Of a stretch of DNA of 64,000 bases, positions 36,057 to 49,007 are shown in pieces. This stretch comes from Massalongia carnosa (lineage: Eukaryota). The notes under the pieces are model-generated. The model saw nothing but the letters and a program-made list of their open reading frames with translations, had not been told where the DNA came from and ran no database searches. The DNA lies in assembly GCA_965645245.1 (NCBI GenBank), contig OZ287068.1, positions 806,001 through 870,000 on the forward strand, written 5' to 3'. Position 1 is the stretch's first letter. Each line of letters begins with the position of its first letter. Made by a program: the position numbers and the translations under genes.

Positions 36057-39000
36057 TATTATGCAACATTTCTATTAACGTCATACAATGTCGGGATCCA
36101 ATTCTGTATGTTGTCGAGTACGAATTGCGGTTGCTTCGTCGGGATCGTAAAAAAACAGTTGAGCAAAGCGAGGCGAATCGTCAACAGGATCCAAAGGACC
36201 TTGCAGGTGATACAGTTCTCCGTGAATTTGAAAACACACCGGTCCACGACCGTTGCGAGGAAGTCGGCGATCGGGTTTGTAGTTTACGGAGGTGAACGTC
36301 AACGCGGAATTATATTTTCGGAGGTTTTTGCGAAATGCATCAACTAACAGTTGCCGTAAAAAATCAGGAGGAGGCTAAAACGGTGGTACATACTCTGTAG
36401 CACAGGATATAAGAGCTATTATCCAGAGCATATCCTTTTGAGCAGGGTAATTAGATGTTTGTGTGCTCATGCTCGCCCACTCCTTCTTTCCTCCACCTCC
36501 CGATGGTTAACTTGACTAAAACGACATGACTACAGAAAAGGTTTTCCGGCTACAGTCTGAAGTATCCGTTCTTTTTGATCGCATTCTCGATACAGAGCAT
36601 AGAGTATGCTTCTTGGAACTAAAACCTGTACAATGGCTCTGATCGTTGGTGCGCTTTTCACAGAACTGCCACCTGTACAGAGGTTTGTTGGAGATTACAG
36701 AGTACTCTCTACTCTATACGTTGGCTGTTTCATGTGCCTGGAACTGTTCGACGTAACTAAGTTATACTTGGTTCTCATGCGATTTTCTATGTTTTCGGCT
36801 GTTTGCAGTTGTCAAGCAGCCTCTGAACTCGTTTCAACTTTATGTTCTGACAATCATCGAAAATTTCCAGTGCCTTGCAGCGAATTCGTCATGTTCCACA
36901 TGGGTTCTCATTCGCTCTTTCACAGCCTAGGCTTTTCCCTTTCTATGTTTTCGGAGGGTGTGGGTCGATGCTTCATGTTTAATCTACAGAGAATTCTTCA
37001 AAATCTGAACAGTAAAAGCCCAAATGGAACATGCAAACATACTACATGGATATTAATATGTTGCCTATCTACCTTGATCCAGAATTCGTTTCCTGATAAG
37101 CATAATAGAACGTCAAAGCATGATCGCCCATGTACTTGACTTGATACAGAGAGCTTATGACTGCTTTCTGTTGGCCACAATAAACACTTGCTGGCACTCG
37201 AGCTTTGAAACTCCAACTTGATATCAGCCGTACATGGTCTTAGAATGCCTTTGCTTTAGGCCATAGGTTTCTGGCTGAATGGATACCGCCCGTGTTTTGC
37301 TCTCCAGAAGCAGGGAGCATCCGAGACAACTACAACATGCACGACCCATGTCGACCTTTCAACAGGACTCTATAAAATAAACTCTTCATCGCCGAGATAC
37401 CTCAGTAAGCCTTGCACTATGGATCAAACATCTCAAGCTTTCAGTCTTCCTAGGTCTCATGATATCTTACCCATAAGACCATTCCGGGTATCCATCTTCT
37501 TGCAAAAGCTTTTCTGATCTCCACTCCATTGCTACCCTCAATCTGTCGGTATCATAAAGCCTACCAAGATCGCCCAGTTAATTGTCTCCCTCGCCACCAC
37601 CCTCGCGGTAGTCACAACAGCGCTATCTCAGTCCCCTCTTGATTTCGAACATGGCATGCTTAAAAGAGGAATTTATGTTCCCGAAGATCCTTATAGTAGG
37701 AAACCACCGGTGGGGTTTCTCGGCGTGGGCTCTATTCCTTACCACCAGGATCCTAAAACGAAGCTTGTAAGGCGAGAGTCTGAGGCAGCAGACACCAGCA
37801 CCGACATCCTTCCTCACAAACAGACTGGTATACCTTGTGAACTGTTGTCGGCGGTGGGCAAACCGATACGCTTGTCTTTCCCACCATCACGACCATGCGA
37901 TTGCTGTAGGACTTTGGGAGCATTGTCATCACTAATCAGCTCGTCAGGCTCATGCGAGTCAATCTAGGTGGTCAAGACCATGCAGTAGGGTAGGGTATGG
38001 CGATGGCACATCAGCTCCCGAACCTTTTCCTTCCACTGGCGGGCGCCACCTACTACATCTTGTTTTCCAGGCAATCAAATATCCAAATGACCTGGTGGTT
38101 TTCAGTAAGCTCCAGACGACTAGGTAGTTCCTGGAAGCGTATGTAGTGTTTCTCCAGCATCTTTAATCTATCGATTGCTAACTCTCGAGCAATAGGAGCC
38201 ATTTGGAGAGTCCCTGGTAGAGAGGAGACGTTGGTGATCACAGAAGAGAAAGGTGCGCCTTGGAAATAGGGAGATGATTTACCCAACGAGCTCTAAATCA
38301 GACGTTTATATTTTCCCTTCTCTGCATCACGGAACACTTCCCCGCCGTATTCTGTACTCGTAGAATATTACATCATATCCCGTGGTTTCGTACTCTTGAC
38401 AGAAACAACCGTGCGTGGTCATTGTGCATCATTTTGGGTCGACTTTGCACATGTCAAAAATTGATGGGAAATTCGCTTGCATGCATCCATGTCAAAGACA
38501 CTTATGTGCTCTTTGCGACGAAGTCTCAGTGACTGGAATTTCCATACCTCTTAGTCCCTGACATACCTAATGCCCCAAACCTCTCCACTTACCTCTGCCC
38601 TGCTTTTCTCCGACCCAGTGGCATCGCGGCACTCATAATTTAAAACGCTTCATCCGTGAGTCATGCATTTGTTGGACTTTCGTGCCTGTGCCCCGCGCCC
38701 CCATGTTTGACGCTGAGGGATTTCGTCGGAGTGAAGCTGAGAGGTGACGACTAAACGTGACGAAGTACAATTCATTACGAACAGAGTAGAGACTATGTAC
38801 CATCGGTCTTCGAGTGGTCATCGCTGCTCACGTGGTGTGTATTCTTGCTCAGGACTCATTGCTGGAGATTGAACATGTTTTGCCTCGATGATGAAAGGGC
38901 AGGCCAATGGAAAGCAACAAATTGATTTGTGAGCCCTAAACTGCATTATGCATCATTAGGGCTGGGACCTCTAGCCGTTCATTGGATGGAAATACTCCAT

Positions 39001-39520
39001 ACAGCAAATTTCATCGGACTCGATCGAGTTACGGAGTACTGTTTAGCGTCAGAGACACGAAGGTAATTGGTCAAGTGAAAGCTCTAATTTCGGATTCAAC
39101 AGATTAGCGTATATTTCCCGCGTTTGCGGAGATGAACCATGGCGATGTTCGGCAGGGAAAATAAGGGCTTGGATGACGCTGTAAATGGTGAGTGCTCGAA
39201 CGCCGCGCTCTGCCGCAAATTGTCTGCAGCAACTCCTTTCGGTGATGCTCTGCTCTTGCTCTCAGTCTTCCACACTCTCGCTGTCGTCACAGCCGTACAT
39301 TCTTTACGCTTTGAAGAGCATACACTCCTTCAGTTCTTGACGTCCTATAACAATCGGCTTGCTAAAAAGTACAAGCGCATTCAACCTCATTCATTCAATT
39401 ATCTTGTGGTGATTCATCCACTTGTGGCATACTGTTGACAAGCGCCCACCGAGTAGCGATAAATCAAGACCTCACATTCAATCGGCAAGATCAGGCCGTT
39501 AGCTGGTCCACCAAGATTAC

Positions 39521-41277
39521 ATGAGATTCATTCCATTTCGCACAGCGTTGAACGCAGCGTTGGTGCTTCAGCTTTCCACCACAAACGCAAAGCATGGCAA
39601 TGCTCATCTCAGCGCGCTGGAGCGACTTCATAAACATCATAGGACTCCCCACACTTCGATAGCTGAGTTAGGGCATGGCATTGAACTCAGGAGTTTGAAG
39701 TTGGAGACCAGAACAGGGAAATGCCAGTTCCCAAGCGCCGCAGGATTGGTGGCAGTAACGCCGAATGATGGGAATGGCGGATGGGCGATGAGCCCGGATC
39801 AATGCTGCGAGCCAGGTAACTACTGTCCATATGCTTGTCCCCCAGGACAAGTGATGGCGCAATGGGATCCGGATGCGACCTCGTACACCTATCCACAGTC
39901 AATGGTTTGTTTCCGCTGTTAACTGTTTCTTTCCAAGGGACGCTGACAGTAGCAGAACGGAGGGCTTTATTGCGATAAAAGCGGGGCGATCCAAAAGCCA
40001 TTCCCAAACAAGCCTTACTGTATGGATGGCACCGGAAATATAGGTTGCACGAATAAGGCCAAGGGTAACGTCGCATTCTGCCAAACCGTACTTCCTGGCA
40101 ACGAGGCGATGTTGATTCCCACCAACATTGAAGACTGGGCGCAACTTGCCGTACCAGGTCCTGATTACTGGGCTGGCACTGCTGCACAGTTAGTTGAATT
40201 TCTTGTGGACGACGATTTCTCACTTACCATTCTTGCAGCTTCTACATCAACCCCCCTGGCATATCAACTGAAGAGGCGTGTGTATGGGGATCCTCATCGA
40301 ACCCTTGGGGCAATTGGAGCCCATATGTCGCAGGAGCCAACACCGACCATAGTGGTATGACATTCATCAAGCTTGCCTGGAATCCGATCTATCTTGAACC
40401 GGCGACTCCATTCCGCGACAAGATGCCGACGTGGGGTGTCGAGATCCTATGCGATGGCGATTGTATTGGTCTTCCTTGCGCCATCGATCCCTCCAAGCAT
40501 AAGGTGAATGAGATTGATGGTGCAAGCACCGATGGAGCGGGTGGTGCAGCATTTTGCGTTGTCACCGTCCCTAAAGGTGCGACGGCCAATTTTGTGGTCT
40601 TCGAGGGCAGCAAGAATGAACCTGACAACGGTTCGGGGGGGAGCCAACCAGTATCTTCTCAAAAAGTCTTTACCCACGCGTCGTCCAGCTCTTTAATAGC
40701 CCCCCCCCCTAGCAGCTCGCCTTCGTCTACGCCAAACCCAACCCCGACACCAACTCCTACCCCTACGTCAACTCCCTCCCCGACATCGAACCCAACTACC
40801 ACACCAAGCACACTTCTATCAACCTCCTCGGCTCTGGAACCATCCAGCTCGCCCAGCTCATCCACCTCTGCCCCTCCCAGCTCAAGCCCAGTAGGTACCA
40901 CCTCGATCTTCACCCCTCTAGCCCTAAGTAGCATTTCGGCCAACATTACCGCTATCGAGCCCACCCAGACCGCCTTCCAGCAGACCTACTCCAAATACGA
41001 CCAAAAGGTGACTCCCTTGCCCTCACCGACCTTTTCCTACAAACCCCACATACTTGTCGAGAACAGCACCGCCACCACGTCTGTTGGCTCCAACAATAAG
41101 AAGAACAACAACGGCGCCGGTGTCGCCGAGTCCTCCGCTTCTGCCAACGCCACGCTGCGCAGTTCGTACACTGGCCCCATAGCGGCTGGGATCTCGGGCG
41201 CTGGCTTCGGCGCCCAAGTCACGTTCCTGTGCTTTGGCTTGACTGGGCTGGCTGCCATCGCTGCGCTGGCGCTCTGA
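39521..41277 (+). CDS. SUN-family (beta-glucosidase-like) secreted/cell-wall protein with Ser/Thr/Pro-rich stalk and probable GPI signal; 2 introns
   Basis: Signal peptide; CQFP..GLVAVTP..NGGWAMSPDQCC..YCPYACPPG; FCQTVLPGNEAMLIPT; GNWSPYVAGAN; hydrophobic C-terminus. Confidence 0.9.
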
Positions 41278-42038
41278 ACTATGCCCTATCTTTTTCCGAG
41301 TCCCTCGATGGATGCGGGATGTCTGGCATTCGATCTTGATTTCATGTTGGACGTGTCACCCTTTACCTAATTTCCAATAAAGCAGGCTCTTCCGTTTTGT
41401 ACAGTTGGTTTATCCCCGTACATATCATCCACCTCTTCCCCGATCTCCATCTTCTTCCTTCATCTCGGACACATCCCTTTTCTGCCGCCTGTGGATATGA
41501 GTAGCTGCTTATGGAACCGGCATTTTTCTCTTGTTCGTTTTATTTATTTTTTTGTGTAAAAAGCAAAGGGTCTAGGGGATGGGGGGGGATTGGGGTGATT
41601 TATGGACGTGCATGATGTTTACTTTATTACCCACTAGCCGTTTTATTTTTGTATTTGTTGTTAGAGGTGAAAAAGTAAAGAAGGGGGGGAAGGATTCGTT
41701 TCTTGTATTATAAGTATCTGGGTCATGTGGCGTCCCGTTTCTGGTGGACGCAGGATGTTTGGAGAACGGTTGAGGACATGGGGGAACGTAGGGAAGGGAC
41801 GATGATATGTGTCGGTGGATAGGGAGAAAGGACCAGATTAGCAAATTCGCAGATAAGACAACCCCGGAAATCTTTTGTCGCATCGTGAAAACCCGACTTT
41901 TTCATCATCTATGACCCTCGGCATAAACTGCCCGCTAAATTCCACACTCTTACTCCATCTTCGCTTTCTAGAACATTTTAGTTTCCACCCTTCCTATATA
42001 CTTACTTACTCCTCCTACTTCCCCGAGAAAACTAAAAA

Positions 42039-42902
42039 ATGGTCCTTTCATTCATCCTCATTCAAAATCGGCAGTTTGTTCCCCCTACCATAACCTCCAT
42101 ACAACAATAGTCTTCAAATCCCTCCCCCTTCACCTCTCTCCATCCCTTGCTTGACATTCAGCGCCTCCCTCCCTCTCGAAATCGTTTTTACTAGACCCAG
42201 CTAACCGACCTCAAAAACCCTAGAGGCAAAACCCGCCTGGCGAAATGGTATGCGCCGTACAGCGTAAGCGCCTCTTTTTCCCAGCCCGGGAACGGAAGGT
42301 CATTGACGGTACAATGGCTGACAAGATTGCCAGGATGAAGAGAAGATCAAACTCAAGGGCGAGGTGTGTTTTCCAGTCTCTTCTCCTCCCATTATCCCCT
42401 TTTCCCAAACGTGAACAAACTAACCCCCTTCCCCCTCTCTCCCATTTCCCAACAATAGGTTCACCGCCTCATCGCCCCCCGCGACCAAAAGCACCAGTCT
42501 AATTTTGTTGAGTTCCGCGCGCTGAAGATCGTATATCGCCGCTACGCCGGGCTCTTCTTCTGCGTCTGCGTTGACGCGAACGACAGCGAGCTGGCGTATC
42601 TGGAAGCCATCCATTTCTTCGTCGAGGTACTGGACAGCTTTTTCGGCAACGTATGCGAGTTGGATTTGGTGTTTAATTTCTACAAGGTGCGTTTTATTTT
42701 CTGTATTTTTTTTGGCCGTTCATGCGGTTGGTTTACGGACTTGGGAGAAGGGGGGGGAGTGTGGGGGGGGGACTTATTGGGCTAATGGGTGAGGAAATAG
42801 GTCTACGCTATTCTCGACGAGGTGTTTCTTGCTGGCGAGATCGAGGAGACAAGCAAGCAGGTGGTGTTGACCCGGCTAGAGCATTTGGACAAGCTGGAGT
42901 GA
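42039..42902 (+). CDS. APS2: AP-2 complex sigma subunit (multi-exon)
   Basis: [89 protein letters not shown]. Confidence 0.95.
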
Positions 42903-43575
42903 TACATAGGATACGCAACGGGTGTTGGCGGGGAGGGGGGGGGGGGCCTGCAAGCCAAAAAGGACAGGATGCCTTGCCTCTTTGCCTGATGAGCACGCGG
43001 TCTCCCCTTAGCGATCCCAGCACTCCGGCAAAGAGCGATTCCGGTTCTTCGGAGCTTTATAACTCCTTTCCTAGGATAGATACACTCCCGCAGCCCGGGA
43101 CGAGACTATCCGCGGAGGAGCACAAGCTTTGCTGATAACGGTTATGTTTGGGGGGGGGGGGGTTTATCTAGGGGGTAGGCTGAAAAAGGAAGCATTCGCG
43201 CGGGAAAGGGGGTTGAGGGTATCTGGAGTTGGGTTCTGCAAGAAAATCCGAAAGGTGCGAGGGTTTAGGGTATGGAGTTAGCAGGTGGGCTTGGGGCTAG
43301 GGCTGGGGATGGGAGCTAAGGGGAAGGGGAAAGGATATTGTCTCCAGGGGAGCTCGGGTGGCTATACTTTTACAGGAATTCACGGAGGCAGATGAACAAT
43401 CGAAGGTTGCGGTCTGAGAGGGATTAGGTCTCGCAACGACCCAGTGTGTATGTATGGATGGATGTATGGATTAATTGTAGATCCGATACTTGGTTCATGA
43501 TCATGCGCGCACCTAGAAGATACCCATCCATCTAGGGTGCGTCCGCCTTGGACGTAAGCATCCTTCTCCATACCC

Positions 43576-44880
43576 TCAAACATTCTGCCCCCGAAACCCC
43601 CTCCACCCCTCCCACACGTCCCCTCCGTCGTCTCCATTCCTCCATCCCCACACTACACAATAATGCGCCGCCAACAGCCGCCACTCCTCCAGCTCATCCA
43701 TCATCTCCAGAGCCGCCACTCGAGCTTTTTCATCCTCGTTTACGCCTTCCTCCCACAGGAAGCTTACATCCGCCACTCCTACTCCGCCACCCTCTCCTCC
43801 TCCTCCTCCTCCTCCTCCTCCTTCTCCTCCTCCTCCACCACCACCACCTTTGTCCCCACGTCCTTCCTCCCAGGTCTCGCCAAACCCCAACCCCTCCATC
43901 CTCGCCATCTGCGCCGCCAATGACCCCCACCTCTTCAACGTCCTCAGCTCAATCCCCCTTCCCGCTAAATTTGCTGCCATCACCTTCCCAAACGCATCGT
44001 CCGGCTTGGTAGGTTCGTATAACACCATTCCCAACGGCGTAGACACTGGAAACAGCGTGCAGGTAAAATAACGAGTGACGGCGTCCGCGGCGTCCGGGTC
44101 CAGGTACACGAGGCAGCATTCCGAGATTAGGAGCGTGGGCAGCGAGGGGTCAATGTATGGAAGGGGTGCATGGGTGGGACCGAGGGTACGCAAATCAAGT
44201 GGGTGGATATGGTAGGTTGGCGAGTGAAGAGATATTTCGGTTGTGGTGGTAGAGAGGGGGTGGTTATGAAGGAGGGCGGATAGGGCGGAGGAGTGGGCAA
44301 TAGTAGCGATTTTGTGGGCGGTGAGGGAGGGGAAATCAAGTTCGTGATAGGTGAAGGGGGATGGGGGGGGTTGAGCTGCAAGGCGGAAGAAGCGAGTGTC
44401 AGAGCCGGCGCCGAGGGAGATGATTTGTTTGCGTTGGTTGGGGGTTGAGGTAAGGAAGAGAGTGATTAAGTGGTCGAGGGCGCGGGTGCGGATGTAGGTG
44501 CCTGTGTGTATTTAGGGATTAGTCAAGATTGGCTCTGTAGGCTACCTCTATCGCTATTTGAAGATACGCTGGATGTAATTACCTCTGTTGATGATGGGGA
44601 ACCTCCTCCGCTGCGACTGTTCCACGCCAGTGCTGCCACGGACGAGGAGTTTTGCAAAAGGGTCATCGAGGTAGCCTACTTCCACGGCACTGAGGCGCGA
44701 CATGTTGGCGTCTTGGTCAGTTTGCTGTACGATATAGTCTTTGTCCTCTTCTTTGTTCGGCTGCGATGACCTTGAGGCACTTCCGACCAGCGGATTAGAT
44801 TGTCCTCCTCGTCCCATTCGGCCATGATTGCCACGCAAGGGTCGAAGAGTGGTGAGGTTAGGGATCTGCCGGGATACCAT
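43576..44880 (-). CDS. PPM1: Leucine carboxyl methyltransferase (PP2A methyltransferase)
   Basis: VQQTDQDANMSRLSAVEVGYLDDPF; FPIINRGTYIRT; QIISLGAGSDTRFF; PTLLISECCLVYL; DELEEWRLLAAHYC. Confidence 0.93.
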
Positions 44881-45463
44881 TTTTTTTGGAAGGTTGGGCG
44901 ATGGTGGATGTTCAATACACTCCACCGTCGCAACTTCTTTGTGTGGACGTCGGGGTATTTATATTCATGGAAGAAATTGTGATAGCAATCACATTGTTCG
45001 GTTTACAAAAATCCATTTCTCTTCCTAATCAGGGGCTTATATTTAGCTAGAGCAACAAAGTACGGCTTTCACCCATAGACGTTCACGTTAGCGTACGCTC
45101 TTGCGGATACTTTGTGTGTAGTAGACCGCGCATTTGTAGGCGTTTTGCATGAGTATTGCTCGATGTATTTCAAGAACTGAAGCTGGCAACAACTTACTCT
45201 ATGTGCGCTGAATGGAAGACAGACTGATTAATGGTAGCTTTGTTGTGGTGTGGAGATCGTCAAGAACATAAATACTTCATCGTGAAGAAAGTGAAGGAAC
45301 CACAATCTGATATCACGAGTCACGTGGCTCATCCTGAGTTTGGTATCGGTAGCATGATACTCTGTAACGACCTACATGAAGTAACTGCAGATTCAACTGC
45401 AGAGTACCGAGTATAGTAGACTCAGACCAGCCAGACCAGTTAGAGCCAGGAGGATCAATAACA

Positions 45464-46482
45464 ATGGCTCCATCATCCAATCTGGTGGTTAGTTGTCTGC
45501 AGAATCTGCGGAGACTCCTGCTTACCCAGGTTTAGTCGAAAATCAAGGTGCAGCTTAAGCTCTCAATAAGTAGGCTACGCATGGTGCAGCAAAAAGATAC
45601 AGCTATCGCAAAGCAGCAACGAAGAGTTATGGCACAACTGCTTGAGGTGCTTCCTAAGGATACATACCTGCAGAAGCGAGCTTGAGTCTGACCGCGCCCA
45701 AATAGCAAGGTAAAGAGGAATCTGCACGTATCCGGGTCGAAAACATTATTCGTTCCGACATCACCACGGAACTTCTCGAAATACTTGAGCTATATTGCGA
45801 ATTACTTCTCGCGAGGACAGGGTTACTCGAAGCTAAAGAATGTGATCCAGGGCTTGAGGAAGCAATCAAATCGATCATTTATGCCGCTCCACGAACTGAT
45901 ATCAAGGAGCTCCAGCAGGCTAGACAGCTATTGGTAGAGAAATACGGGAAAGATTTTGCGCTAGAGGCTGTTGAAAATAGTGACGGCAAGGTGGCAGAGA
46001 GAGTACTGAAGAAATTAAGAGTCCAGCCACCGGAGCAGGAGCTGGTGAATTTGTACTTGAAAGAGATTGCCAGGACATATGGCGTGGCTTGGCCTAAAAT
46101 AGACGAGTCTACGAATCAACATGACAATAACGATGAAGATGACGAGCCGGGCGGTGGGCAAGCATTAAACAGCCTCGAAGCGCCATTGTCAACAGAAGAG
46201 TTGAGCAAAGCAACGCCTCCACGAGATCTTGGACCAGCTTCTCCTGTTCGCGTTGCACCACCAAGCCCCAGTACCGACAATCTACATCCCAGAGTCAGAT
46301 TACCGGGACCTCCTGAGCTTAAACCTAGCTCTAGGATGAGTGCCCTGAAGAACAAGAACCCTGCAGCTGAAGCACCAAGATCTGGGACATCTACTGGCTT
46401 GAATGGGAAGAAAGATTTCATTGGAGGTAAAATACCAGATGTCGATGAGTTGTCAAAAAGATTTGCAGCGCTCAAGCGATAG
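45464..46482 (+). CDS. IST1: ESCRT-III-associated regulator of Vps4 (Ist1/DUF292), spliced
   Basis: KIKVQLKLSISRLRMVQQK; SARIRVENII; LEILELYCELLLAR; GLEEAIKSIIYAAPR; C-terminal MIM-like DELSKRFAALKR. Confidence 0.93.
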
Positions 46483-47257
46483 GAATAACGTAGTGTCAAC
46501 TGCTAAATCTTTCACATTTTTTTCAGATTCTTGAAGACACATCTGTGACCTAGCTATTGACTTTTGTTTCTAAGCCGGTGCCATTTTTCCATTGCAAAAG
46601 GAAAAAGATGCCGTGATTCTCTTATGACAAGAACAAGGTGCCTTTGTTATTTTGATTTGTCGATTCGAGTTATTCGTTTTCTCCGGAAAGGATTCCTATC
46701 AAGATTTATTGATGGTATGATTCTTGTATCACTTCTAGTGATAGTGTAAAATGGTGTTTTTACAATCATGAAGAAGGGCGATCCCTCAAATCTTCAAATA
46801 TGAAGCATATAATAGGATATTTTGATGAAACCCAGAAATTTTTCAGGTATAGGAGTTCGGTCGGATAAATCGATTCTCCAGATGAGTTAGAGCTATAGTC
46901 GATGATGAGACTACTGGTGGCTGACTTCAGGACATGAATATGCCTTTACAGCCTCATGAGTTTCTGTCCAATTCAGTGAATCAATCATGTCAAGGGAACA
47001 CTACTCTTCCTTCAAGCTTTTCATAGGAACTCACATCCTTCTAAGGAAATTTCCAACCCACGGCAGACTATAAGGTTTCATTGGTTGGGGTGTTGAGATA
47101 GAACTCGAAGCATTTCATGCTTTTTTGCTCCCGCAACACAGTCTAAATTCATAGTGGATAAAGAGTTATTCTCTTGTTTCAGTCCAAACGCAAGATTATG
47201 TTCAGGTCTTCCGGCCAACGAAAGCAGCCAATCGAAAAAATACTCACCCCTGTCGGG

Positions 47258-47348
47258 CTAACGACTCAGCGAAGAGAAGGTATAGTGAAAGCGACTTGTC
47301 GAACCTATCACCTCCATTGAACTAACGACTCAGCGACGAGGAGGTATA
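47258..47348. repeat. 27-bp direct repeat (47258-47284, 47322-47348), 25/27 identical
   Basis: CTAACGACTCAGCGA(A/C)GAG(A/G)AGGTATA twice. Confidence 0.85.
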
Positions 47349-47726
47349 AGATCACTTTTCAACCTTCGTTTCCGTTTTCTTTCTTGTCACCACAACCTAC
47401 CTCGTCTTCAAGCTTTCAGTAAGTACCCCATCTCAGATCCTCCCTTGGAGGGACTCCTCTCAATGATATCTACATACTGCTGAAACCCCTTGAGAGAGCG
47501 CTGACAAACCATAGGTCCAGTCTCACCACGCAAGTGACAAGGGTCTTGAACACATTTTCGAAGCCTAAGTTCATCCAAGCTCACATTTCAGATCAAAGAT
47601 TGCTAGCTCGCTTTGCTCACATACATCCTTTGCTATCGACCCAGATACCTCTTTAAATCAAATCCAAGTCTCACAGTACTCGATCACTTAGCGCGTACTC
47701 TAATTTAAATCGTTATCAGGGTTAAA

Positions 47727-49007
47727 ATGCCAAGCGCCTCTGGATGGTCCGAGGAGGAGAAGGTATATTTTCATTCCTCCAATAATCGATTCTCAACTTA
47801 GATCTCCGTCCTACTTACTCATATCTAGATGCGTTTGTTTATCTCTCTTATATATGTAGATAAGCCTCCCAACTGGAGCAATGTCACTCTTCCTGCAGGT
47901 CGTTCTTTGTGGGAATGTCAGCAGGTCTTGAGGCAAGCCAAGGCTATGGCAGCCGGCCAGGCCACGGACAATATTACCAATTTTGTTTCTGAGCCTACGG
48001 CTGATCCCAATGGCGCTGCTGTCGCTAATGGGAAATCTGACAACGCCATTGACCCTCAGAAGCGCAAGCGCGAGAAGCATGGTGGATCTAAGATGACCAA
48101 GGGTAAGGAACCCTACTTGCCTGAAGGCGAAATTGAAAATAGGGTAGGGGTTCCTGTCGTGGGTGGTCCAGCCAAAGGTGCTATTGTAGAGAAAGATGAT
48201 GACACCAACCTGGATGACTCGGCCGATGATGATACAGTTGAGATGATTAAAAAGCTCGCGAGCACTGAGAAGGTAGTTGTGATCGTGGTCGATAAGAAAC
48301 GTAAGGCAGCCGAGCAAGGGAGAGGTATTGAGGAGAAAGGGCTTCGGGAGATAGATGTAAAGGGGAAAGGTACTGTAAAAGAGACTGATAATGAGGAGCA
48401 AGGTCTTATGAAGAAAGGCCATAATGAGAATGCTGTCAAGGAGAAAGTCGTTGTGAACGAAAGAGTCGTTAAGAAAGAAAATCACGTTGAGACGAGCGCT
48501 GTTCAAAAATGGAAAGCTTTTGGGAAGGAGAGCGTTGGCCTAAGGAAAGCTGCCGCCGAGGAAAAAGCCGTTCAGGAATGGAAGGTATTCATGAATGGGA
48601 ACGCTAGTAAGAAAGAGCATACTTCCACGAAGGATAATGCTATCAAGAAGGAGAGTGCCAGCAAAACAGAAGTTGCTTTCAAGAAGGGTGATACTGCCCA
48701 GCAGGAGCAGGTTGTCACGAAGGAGAACACAGTCCAGAAGGAGAATACTGTCCAGCAAGGGCAGGCTGTCAAGAAGGAGAACGTGGTCCAGAAGGGGGAT
48801 ACTGCTCAGCAGTGGCACACTGTAAAGAATAAGACCACGTTCCACAATGGGAGAGGTGCCATGACGAAGAAAGAGGCCGTGAAGCAGCAAGAGAGGATGA
48901 GGCAGAAAGAAGCCATGAAACAGCAAGGCCGAAAGACGACCTACCCCTACGACGGGCCCCACTTGTTCCGAGAGGAGAGGAACCGATACTATTTCCCCAC
49001 GCCTTGA
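47727..49007 (+). CDS. Hypothetical protein: short Myb-like N-terminal domain plus Lys/Glu/Gln-rich repetitive tail
   Basis: Exon 1 MPSASGWSEEEK, intron, then MRLFISLIYVDKPPNWSNVTLPAGRSLWECQ; tail repeats KKENTVQ/KGDTAQQ. Confidence 0.6.

Larger units (their letters stand above)
29726..36390 (-). pseudogene. Helitron Rep/PIF1 helicase, interrupted by three insertions and point lesions; 5' end not found
   Basis: Rep motifs DLFITFTANPNW, IEYQKRGLPHMH, VKYIHKYIYKG; helicase HGPAGTDKT, IIWDEVPM, LGGDFAQILPV, GLCNGTRL, ALSRV, NIVYPEV; upstream FQIHGELYH. Confidence 0.93.

Noticed and set aside
36400..38600. ORFs 36606..37139, 37656..37967 and 38053..38286 as genes or as the Helitron 5' end
   Set aside because: No recognisable domain and no identifiable TC terminus; may be a degenerate relic.
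42071..42076. GC-AG intron in APS2
   Set aside because: A GT donor at 42074 gives the conserved NRQGK sequence.
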